From Desulfuromonadales bacterium (lineage in GTDB: Bacteria > Desulfobacterota > Desulfuromonadia > Desulfuromonadales > SZUA-540): DNA of 64,000 nt. The notes below the pieces were generated by a model. That model saw nothing but the letters and a program-made list of their open reading frames with translations. It did no database searches and was not told the DNA's origin. Both the position numbers and the translations under genes were made by a program. The number at the start of each line of letters is the position of its first letter. The first letter of the stretch is position 1. Below, one piece after another: positions 8,822 through 16,732 of the stretch. The stretch is from NCBI GenBank assembly GCA_033549025.1, contig JAWSUS010000012.1, positions 27,480 to 91,479 on the forward strand. Reading direction: 5' to 3'.

Positions 8822-9598
8822 ATGGGAACGATAAGGTCAAGATGGGTCCGGATACTGGGCTGGTGCGTCCTGGGCCTCCTCTGGGCGGAGACGGGGCCGG
8901 CGGCGGGTAAGTACTGGGATTTTCCGCCGCTGCCGGCTCCCCATGAATACGGCAATGTCCTGATTAGCCGGATTTCGGTGGAGAACAAGATCAAGCCGGT
9001 GCTCTTCCCCCACTGGAGTCATCGGGCCCGATTCAGCTGTCGGGTTTGTCACTTTGAGCTCGATTTCGCCTTTGCCACCAACAAAACGGAGATCACCGAG
9101 GCCGAGAATCGCAACGGTCTCTACTGCGGCTCCTGTCATGACGGAGAGCGGGCGTTCGGCCATACGGAAGGCAACTGTGAACGGTGTCACTCCGGTTACG
9201 GTTCGACGGATGCGGAGAAATTCGAAGCTTTCAGGCGGCCCCTGCCGTCGGCGCCTTTCGGCAACAAGATCCACTGGGGCTATGCCCTGGAAGACGGGCT
9301 TATCAGGCCGGCCTACAGCCTTTTTCATGCGGACGAAAAACCGATGGATTTCGACCGTGAGCTGGAACTACAGGCCGAATGGACCTATGTGCCGCCGGCG
9401 TACTTTCCCCATGCCAAACACACGCCCTGGCTCGATTGCGCCAACTGCCACCCGGACATCTTCAACGTCAAGAAGAAGACGACCCAGCATTTTTCCATGG
9501 AATATATACTCGAAGGCAAGTTCTGCGGGGTCTGTCACCTGCGGGTGGCGTTCCCCCTGGACGATTGCAAGGGGTGCCATCCGCGCATTTCCCGCTAA
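8822..9598 (+). CDS. Hexaheme c7-type cytochrome c, paralogue of upstream gene
   Basis: Six CxxCH (CRVCH, CGSCH, CERCH, CANCH, CGVCH, CKGCH); same layout as 7989-8762. Confidence 0.93.
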   Translation: MGTIRSRWVRILGWCVLGLLWAETGPAAGKYWDFPPLPAPHEYGNVLISRISVENKIKPVLFPHWSHRARFSCRVCHFELDFAFATNKTEITEAENRNGLYCGSCHDGERAFGHTEGNCERCHSGYGSTDAEKFEAFRRPLPSAPFGNKIHWGYALEDGLIRPAYSLFHADEKPMDFDRELELQAEWTYVPPAYFPHAKHTPWLDCANCHPDIFNVKKKTTQHFSMEYILEGKFCGVCHLRVAFPLDDCKGCHPRISR

Positions 9599-9604
9599 CA
9601 AAGG

Positions 9605-9904
9605 ATGAAGGTGCTCATGAAACGATGGGGATGGGGTGTTCTGGTCGGCCTGCTGCTGACGGCGAGTCTGGTGCAGGCCGAGCCTTGGAAAGAGGATTTC
9701 GACCGACTCTGCGGCCAGACCGCTGTGGCGGAAGGGCTCACGGTCTCCGAACTGGACGATCTGACCGCCGCCTGCGACCGGGTCATTCGGGACATGGAAA
9801 AAAGCGATTCGGTGGAGAAGAAGGTCTACCTTTTTCGTCTGAAAAAGTGCCGAAACCTCTTCAGCTATCTGGCGGAGGTGAAAAAGACCCAGGGAGAGAA
9901 ATGA
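9605..9904 (+). CDS. Small exported hypothetical protein
   Basis: Signal peptide (VQA), helical, 3 Cys; 6 nt after the cytochrome gene. Confidence 0.75.
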   Translation: MKVLMKRWGWGVLVGLLLTASLVQAEPWKEDFDRLCGQTAVAEGLTVSELDDLTAACDRVIRDMEKSDSVEKKVYLFRLKKCRNLFSYLAEVKKTQGEK

Positions 9905-9906
9905 TC

Positions 9907-10950
9907 TCAGCCTGACCGGGCCAGTTGGTGAATATCGCCGACGAGCCGGTCGATGTCCTCTGCTGTCGTCTTCCAGGAACACATGAAGCGGGCGTGCCCT
10001 GAGCCGATGAAGGTGTAAAAGGTCCAGCCTTTGCGGTGCAGAGCCTCGATGAGGGTCTTTGGCATCTGTACGAAAACGGCGTTGGCCTGCACCGGGTGCA
10101 TGATGTCGACCCCGGGTATTTCCCGCAGCCGCGCGGCCAGGCTGCGGGCGCAGCGGTTGGCGTGGTCGGCGTGACGCAGCAGGGCGCCGGCCTTGAGCAT
10201 GCCGATCCAGGGGGCGGCCAGAAAGCGCATCTTCGAGGCCAGCTGCCCCGCCTGTTTACAGCGGTAATCAAATTCGCGGGCCAGGGCGCGATTGAAAAAT
10301 ATCACCGCCTCACCCATGGCCATGCCATTCTTGGTGCCGCCGAAGGTCAGCACGTCGACGCCCGCCTTCCAGGTGAGCTCCTTGGCGGGAACCTGCAAAA
10401 AGGCCAGGGCGTTGGCAAAACGGGCGCCATCCACCTGCAGGTGCAGGTTCAGCCGTCGGGCCGCTTCTCCCGCTGCCGCCATCTCCTCCGCCGAATAGAC
10501 GGTCCCCACCTCCGTCGCCTGCGTCAGGCTCAATACCCGCGGCTTGGGGTAGTGAATGTCGGCCCGCCGGGTTACCGTTGTTTCCACTTCCCCCAGGTTG
10601 ACCTTGCCGTTTTCCCCAGGAACGAGAAGCACTTTGGTGCCGTTGGAAAAAAACTCGATGGCGCCGCATTCATCCGTCTCGATGTGGGCGAGTTCATGAC
10701 AGATGATGCTGTGATAGCTCTGGCAGAGGGAGGCCAGCGACAGGGAGTTGGCGGCTGTGCCGTTGAAGACGAAGAAGACCTCGCAGTCGGTTTCGAAAAA
10801 CTCCCGCAGCAGATTACAGGCTTTCTCAGTCCAGGGGTCGTTGCCATAGGCATTGGCAAAGCCCTGGTTGACCGCGGCCATGGCCTCCCAGGCTTCGGGG
10901 CAGATGCCGGCGTAATTGTCACTGGCGAACAGGTTCATGCTTTCGGACAT
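9907..10950 (-). CDS. ltaE: Low-specificity L-threonine aldolase
   Basis: FASDNYAG, NGTAAN, DGARFANA, FGGTKNG (PLP lysine), SKMRF. Confidence 0.93.
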   Translation of the reverse strand: MSESMNLFASDNYAGICPEAWEAMAAVNQGFANAYGNDPWTEKACNLLREFFETDCEVFFVFNGTAANSLSLASLCQSYHSIICHELAHIETDECGAIEFFSNGTKVLLVPGENGKVNLGEVETTVTRRADIHYPKPRVLSLTQATEVGTVYSAEEMAAAGEAARRLNLHLQVDGARFANALAFLQVPAKELTWKAGVDVLTFGGTKNGMAMGEAVIFFNRALAREFDYRCKQAGQLASKMRFLAAPWIGMLKAGALLRHADHANRCARSLAARLREIPGVDIMHPVQANAVFVQMPKTLIEALHRKGWTFYTFIGSGHARFMCSWKTTAEDIDRLVGDIHQLARSG

Positions 10951-11196
10951 GGAGCAGACTCCTTCGGGGATGGAGATGAACTCTCTGCTGGGAGCATAGA
11001 GGGAGCGGGGTCATAAAATCAAGTGCCGGAACCTGAGGTGTGACTTATCAGGTCGTGCAGGAGGGGGTTTTTGCTCTACAGGGCAGGCGAAAAGAAGGCT
11101 TTTATTGCCCAAAAGACCTGTGCTACTCTTTTTGACGCCGCCGGAAGCTGCTCCCGGTGCCGGCGCCAACCATTTCTCACAGCGATTTCGGGGTCC

Positions 11197-14100
11197 GTGG
11201 TTATTAAAACGTTGCGCCTCATATTCCTTGTCGGGCTCTCTTTGCTCTTCTTCGGGCTGTGTCAGGCTGAAGCCCGGGTCGTGCGCACGGGCCTCTACCC
11301 GATTCCTCCCCTCATTGTTTTATCCGACCAGAACACACCCGATTCCGTGCAGGGGATTTTCCCCGAATTGCTTCAGCATGTGGCCCGTCAGGAAGGCTGG
11401 CAGCTCGAGTTCGTGAGGGGAACCTGGGCCGAATGCCTGTCGCGACTGGAGAAGGGGGAGATCGACCTGCTCCCCGCCATCGCCATCACCCGGGAGCGGA
11501 GCCGATACCTGGTCTTCTCCAGGGAGACCGTGGTTTCCGACTGGGGACAGGTCTTTGTCTCCTCTTCCGCGCCTTCCCCCATTCAGTCCATCATCGATCT
11601 GGACGGCAAGACCGTGGCGGTCATGAAGGACAGCGTCTTTTATGTCGGCGACAATGGACTACGTCAGCTCGCCGAGGCCTTCAAGCTGCAGATCGACTAT
11701 CTGGAACTGAACGGACCGGAACAGGTGCTGGGGGCCGTTATCCGTGGTGAGGCGGAGGCGGGCCTGGTCAATCGCATCTATGCCCTGCCCCATGAATACA
11801 GCCAGCCGATTCGCAAAACCTCCATTCTGGTGAGCCCGTTTGAGATTCTCTTTGCCACCCGGCCGGGAGCCGATGTTCAGTTGCTGGAAAAGATCGACGC
11901 CCATCTGGCCCGGCTCAAGCAGAATCCCGCCTCGTTGTACTACCAAAGTCTGGAAACCTGGCTCGGTCAGAAGACGCCCCCGCACCTGCCGGACTGGCTG
12001 CCCAGAGTCATGATTCTGGTCGCCTTGCTGGTCGTTCTGCTGCTGGCTTCCTCCTTATGGGGGCGTTTTCAGGTCAAACGAAAAACCGGGGAATTGAAGG
12101 ATACCAATCGCGAACTGAAAATGGAGATTGCCGAGCGCAAGCAGGTGGAGGCGCTGCTGCGCCAACAGGCCCAGCTGCTGGAACAGGTTCGGGAGGCGGT
12201 TTTCACGACAGACCCCGACCATCTGGTCACCTCCTGGAACCGAGGGGCCCAGCAGCTTTTCGGCTATTCGCCCGACGAAATTCTGGGGAGTCCCGTTTTT
12301 CAACTCTTCCCTGAACCTCCGGGCGAGGATATTCCGGCGACTCTCGATCGACTGTTAGAGGGCGAGACGGAGGCTGTGCTGGAAATTCGCCTGCTGCGCC
12401 AGTCGGGTATGGTGTTTTTTGGCCAGATCTCCCTGTCTCCGCTGCGTGATGATGGCGGCGCCGTCCAAGGCGTCGTCTTTTCCATTCGGGACATTACCGA
12501 GAGCAAGGAGGCCGAGCAGGCGCTCAGAAGCCAGTTTGATCAGGTCAGTACCATTTTCGACGCCTTGGATGCCTTGGTCTATGTAGCTGATCTGGAGACT
12601 CACGATCTGCTCTATATCAACCAGAGCGGTGAGGCTCTAATGGGGCGCAACTGGCCGGGTCGCAAATGCTACGAGGTGTTGCAGAAAGACATGGCCGAGC
12701 CCTGTGTGTTCTGCACCAACGATCGGCTGGTGGTGAACGGCGAGATTCAACCGCCGGTGAAGTGGGAATTTCAGAACACGGTGACCCAGCGCTGGTACCA
12801 GTGCATCGATCGCGCCATTCACTGGCCGGACGGCCGTCTGGTGCGTCTGGAGATCGCTATCGATGTCACCGAGCAGCGTCAGGCCAAGGAGGCGGTCGCC
12901 GCCGAGCGGGCCTTCCTCCAGGCCGTCGTCGACGGAGTGGTCGATCCGATCATGGTGGTGGCTCCGGATTATCGCATCGTCATGATGAACCAGGCGGCGC
13001 GGCAGTATCTGAGTTCGGATCTGCAGCAAAAGACCAGTCTGTGCTGCCATCAGGTCTCCCACGACAGTGAAGTGCCCTGTCAGGGCGCGGACCATCCCTG
13101 TCCCCTGGAACAGATCAAGAAAACCGGGCAGCCGGTCACCGTCATCCATCAGCATGCCAGCGGCACCGGCGAGCGTCGTATCTATGAACTGGAGGCTTCC
13201 CCCATGTGGGATGCGAACGGCACCCTCACGGGGATCATCGAGGTGTCGCGCGATATCACCGACCGCCTGCAGATCGAGGCCAAACTGAGTGAGAACGAGC
13301 AGCGTCTGCACCATCTGGCCCACCATGACCCCCTGACCGACCTCCCCAATCGCCTTCTTTTTCAGGACCGCCTGCAGCATGCCATGAGCAAGGCCCGGCG
13401 GCAGAATCTTATGGTCGGTCTCCTCTTTATCGATCTCGACCGCTTCAAGGTGATCAATGATACCCTCGGTCATGAGACGGGCGACAGGGTGCTGACCGAG
13501 GTCGCCAAGCGCATCCGTTACTGGGTGCGGGCTTCGGATACGGTAGCGCGCCTGGGCGGGGACGAGTTCGTCATCATCCTGGAGGATATCCAGGATCCTA
13601 CTTACGTCGGAGCGGTTGCCCAGAAAATATTGAGCGTGCTGTCGCAGCCGGTGCATTTCGATGAACAGGAGCTTTTCGTCACGGCCAGCATCGGCGTCAG
13701 CCTCTTCCCCGCCGATACGGAAAGTCCCGAAGAACTGATGAAATTTGCCGATGTGGCCATGTATCGGGCCAAGGACAGGGGACGCAACACCTGCCAGTTC
13801 TATACGCCGGACATGAATGCTCGCGCCCACGAACTGCTGGCCCTCGAAGGCAGCCTGCGCAAAGCCCTGGACAACGATCAGCTGGTGCTGCACTACCAGC
13901 CGCAGATCGATCTCAACAGCGGCGAACTGATCGGCATGGAAGCCCTTCTGCGCTGGCAGCACCCGCAGCGGGGGCTGGTCTCTCCCGGCGATTTCATCCC
14001 TTTGGCGGAAGAAACCGGGGTTATCCTGCCTATCGGGGAATGGGTCCTGAAGACGGCCTGTCTGCAGAACAAGGCCTGGCAGGAACAGGGCTTTCCCCCC

Positions 14101-14634
14101 GTGCGCATGTCGGTAAACATTTCGGCCAGACAATTTCGCCAGGCCGACCTGGTGGACATGATCGACCGGGTTCTGGAAGAAACCGGCCTCGACCCCGAGT
14201 GGCTGGAACTGGAAATTACCGAAAGCGTTATCATGGAGGATTTCGGCGAGGTTATCATGACGCTCACCGACCTCAAGGTGCGCGGCGTGCATCTGGCCAT
14301 CGACGACTTCGGCACGGGGTATTCTTCTCTGGCCTATCTCAAACTGTTTCCCATCTCCAAGCTCAAGATCGATAAGGGTTTCGTGCGGGACATCACCAAC
14401 GACGCCAACGACGCCTCCATCGCCGCTTCCATTGTTGCCCTGGCCCGCAGTATGAACCTCGAGGTCATCGCCGAAGGGATAGAAACCCGGGAGCAGATGG
14501 AATTTCTGCTGGATTATGGCTGCGATCAAGGCCAGGGTTATCTCTTCGGCCGTCCCCTTCCGCCGGAACAGTGCCGCTCTTTTCTTGTCACCTCGCTGGC
14601 TTCCGGTTCAGACAAAAGCCTTATTCCCGCCTGA
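11197..14634 (+). CDS. Periplasmic-binding-domain / PAS x3 / GGDEF / EAL protein
   Basis: Signal, SBP family-3-like domain, TM, PAS repeats, intact GGDEF and EAL, DDFGTGYSS. GTG start at 11197 is inferred. Confidence 0.92.
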   Translation: MVIKTLRLIFLVGLSLLFFGLCQAEARVVRTGLYPIPPLIVLSDQNTPDSVQGIFPELLQHVARQEGWQLEFVRGTWAECLSRLEKGEIDLLPAIAITRERSRYLVFSRETVVSDWGQVFVSSSAPSPIQSIIDLDGKTVAVMKDSVFYVGDNGLRQLAEAFKLQIDYLELNGPEQVLGAVIRGEAEAGLVNRIYALPHEYSQPIRKTSILVSPFEILFATRPGADVQLLEKIDAHLARLKQNPASLYYQSLETWLGQKTPPHLPDWLPRVMILVALLVVLLLASSLWGRFQVKRKTGELKDTNRELKMEIAERKQVEALLRQQAQLLEQVREAVFTTDPDHLVTSWNRGAQQLFGYSPDEILGSPVFQLFPEPPGEDIPATLDRLLEGETEAVLEIRLLRQSGMVFFGQISLSPLRDDGGAVQGVVFSIRDITESKEAEQALRSQFDQVSTIFDALDALVYVADLETHDLLYINQSGEALMGRNWPGRKCYEVLQKDMAEPCVFCTNDRLVVNGEIQPPVKWEFQNTVTQRWYQCIDRAIHWPDGRLVRLEIAIDVTEQRQAKEAVAAERAFLQAVVDGVVDPIMVVAPDYRIVMMNQAARQYLSSDLQQKTSLCCHQVSHDSEVPCQGADHPCPLEQIKKTGQPVTVIHQHASGTGERRIYELEASPMWDANGTLTGIIEVSRDITDRLQIEAKLSENEQRLHHLAHHDPLTDLPNRLLFQDRLQHAMSKARRQNLMVGLLFIDLDRFKVINDTLGHETGDRVLTEVAKRIRYWVRASDTVARLGGDEFVIILEDIQDPTYVGAVAQKILSVLSQPVHFDEQELFVTASIGVSLFPADTESPEELMKFADVAMYRAKDRGRNTCQFYTPDMNARAHELLALEGSLRKALDNDQLVLHYQPQIDLNSGELIGMEALLRWQHPQRGLVSPGDFIPLAEETGVILPIGEWVLKTACLQNKAWQEQGFPPVRMSVNISARQFRQADLVDMIDRVLEETGLDPEWLELEITESVIMEDFGEVIMTLTDLKVRGVHLAIDDFGTGYSSLAYLKLFPISKLKIDKGFVRDITNDANDASIAASIVALARSMNLEVIAEGIETREQMEFLLDYGCDQGQGYLFGRPLPPEQCRSFLVTSLASGSDKSLIPA

Positions 14635-14756
14635 CCGACGCAAGGCGCGTCAAGGGCTTTACTTGTGATTCCCAGCCCTTTTAGCCCCCCGTCGTTTCGG
14701 TTTGCCAGAAGCAAAAAGTTACGCTAATATCGCACCCTACCCGCAGGAGGGTGGAA

Positions 14757-16130
14757 ATGAAGAAGTTCGTAGTATCCCTTTTTTTTCGTAGCATCGGGGC
14801 CAAGCTGGCCCTGTTCGTTTTGTTGCTCATTGCCGTTATCACCGCCGCGTCGGCGTTTCTGGTCATCGACATCCTCGATCGTTTCCTGGTGGCGGAAATG
14901 GTCAAGCGCGGGCAGTCCATCGCCCTGAGCGCCACCTCGCCCGCCGGCTTCAGCATCCTGTCGGGAGACCGGCTGGCCCTCGACAATCTGGCCGCCAAGA
15001 TCAAGGAGTCGCAGCAGGACATTCTCTATCTGGCGATTGTCGACACCGAAGGAAAAATCCTGGCTCACAATGACCTGTCCAAGGCCGGTCAGACCTACGC
15101 CCCGGTCTCGGGCACGCTGCTGGAGCAGAGCACGAGTGGTACGGTTCGCCGGGTTGTGCGCGACGGGGTGGCCGGCTATGAGTTTTCCAGCGGTGTCCAT
15201 TTTGCCGGCCGTCATGTCGGCCAGGTATTTCTCGGCATCGATGCCGCCAATCTGGAAGCCAGCCAAAGTAGCGCCCGCCGGCAGATTGCCTGGGTCAGCG
15301 TGGCGGCCCTGTTGGGGGGCGTGGTTGGCGCCATTCTGTTGTCGCGCATCATCACCGGCCCCATCCAGCGGCTGGCGGCCGGGGTCAATCGTATCAAGCA
15401 GGGGGATTACCGGGTGACTCTCGCCCCGCGCAGCCGGGACGAACTGGGGGAGCTGACCCGCCGGTTCAACGAGATGGCGGGAGTGATTCAGGGGCAGAAG
15501 GAACGTCTGCAGAAATACGCCGAGAACCTGGAGTCGTCCTACAGCGATACCGTACGGATTCTGGCCGCCGCCATCGACGCGCGGGATCAGTATACCTACG
15601 GCCATTCTTCCCGGGTGGCGGGGCTCTCGCTTCTTCTCGGAGAAAAACTGGGGTTGTCGGCGGAGGAGCTCAAAGAGCTGGAAATGGCCTGTTTTCTGCA
15701 CGATGTCGGCAAAATCCGCATCCCCGACGAGGTGCTGAACAAGCAGGGATCCCTGGACGAGCAGCAAGCCAGGCTCATTCGCTGCCATCCGAGTTATGGC
15801 GCCGAGATCCTCGGGCTGGCCGATTCACTCCACCGCTACATTCCGGCCGTCCTGCAGCACCATGAATTTTATGACGGCAGCGGCTATCCTGCCGGTCTGA
15901 AAGGGAGCCAGATTCACCTGCACGCCCAGATTGTCGCCCTGGCTGACAGCTTTGACGCCATGATTTCTTCGCGGCCCTACCGGCCGGGGCGTTCCCGCGA
16001 CGCGGCCGTGGGGGAAATTTTGAAGTGTCGCGGCACCCAGTTTTCCCCCGAATTGACTGACCTGTTCATCAAAATTCTACCGGAATTCGACGCGGGTCGG
16101 CGTCCATCCTTTATGGGAGATGGCTTATGA
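14757..16130 (+). CDS. Membrane HAMP + HD-GYP c-di-GMP phosphodiesterase
   Basis: Two TM segments, HAMP, YTYGHS, LHDVGK, HHEFYDGSGYP; RBS AGGAGG. Confidence 0.92.
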   Translation: MKKFVVSLFFRSIGAKLALFVLLLIAVITAASAFLVIDILDRFLVAEMVKRGQSIALSATSPAGFSILSGDRLALDNLAAKIKESQQDILYLAIVDTEGKILAHNDLSKAGQTYAPVSGTLLEQSTSGTVRRVVRDGVAGYEFSSGVHFAGRHVGQVFLGIDAANLEASQSSARRQIAWVSVAALLGGVVGAILLSRIITGPIQRLAAGVNRIKQGDYRVTLAPRSRDELGELTRRFNEMAGVIQGQKERLQKYAENLESSYSDTVRILAAAIDARDQYTYGHSSRVAGLSLLLGEKLGLSAEELKELEMACFLHDVGKIRIPDEVLNKQGSLDEQQARLIRCHPSYGAEILGLADSLHRYIPAVLQHHEFYDGSGYPAGLKGSQIHLHAQIVALADSFDAMISSRPYRPGRSRDAAVGEILKCRGTQFSPELTDLFIKILPEFDAGRRPSFMGDGL

Positions 16131-16723
16131 GGTTTCCCCTGAAAACGATCTGTCTGTTCGCCCTGCTGGGCGCTTTGAGCCTTCTGACCTCTTCCTGTGC
16201 CCCCCACACACCGGCATCATCCTCCCCGTCCTCCTTAAACCTCCCTGCGCCGGAAGCGAACCGGGATGACAGTCTGGTGCAGAAGCAGCAGAAGCTTTTA
16301 TCCCAGGGAGACTACCTGGCCGCGCTGAATCTTGCTGATAACGGCAAGGGAGACAGTGCCGAGCTTCTCCGGCGGGCGTTGCCGGGGGCTTACCGGCAGG
16401 GGGAGCAGATGCTGGCGGCGCAGCATTATGCCGAGGCCGGTGCCACCTTCGCCTATCTGCTGTCCCTCGTTAAAGAGAGCGAGGCGACCGTCACCGGCGG
16501 TGAAGTGTCTGGCGAGGAACTGACCCGAAAGCGGGACTTCTGCGCCGAGCAACTGATGGTCCAGGGGATGACCGCCTACCGGAACGGCCTGCTCGAAGAG
16601 GCGATCGGAACCTGGGAGCAGATTCTCGCCTTTGCTCCCGACCACGAGGGGGCGCATAAATCGCTGGCCACCAGCCGTACCCAGTTGAGCAACCTTCAAG
16701 CCCTGAAAAAAGAGGATATCTGA
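16127..16723 (+). CDS. TPR-like lipoprotein
   Basis: Lipobox-like LTSSC, TPR-like helices (EAIGTWEQILAFAPDH); ATGA overlap with HD-GYP gene. Confidence 0.8.
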   Translation: MRFPLKTICLFALLGALSLLTSSCAPHTPASSSPSSLNLPAPEANRDDSLVQKQQKLLSQGDYLAALNLADNGKGDSAELLRRALPGAYRQGEQMLAAQHYAEAGATFAYLLSLVKESEATVTGGEVSGEELTRKRDFCAEQLMVQGMTAYRNGLLEEAIGTWEQILAFAPDHEGAHKSLATSRTQLSNLQALKKEDI

Positions 16724-16732
16724 TTCCCCACC

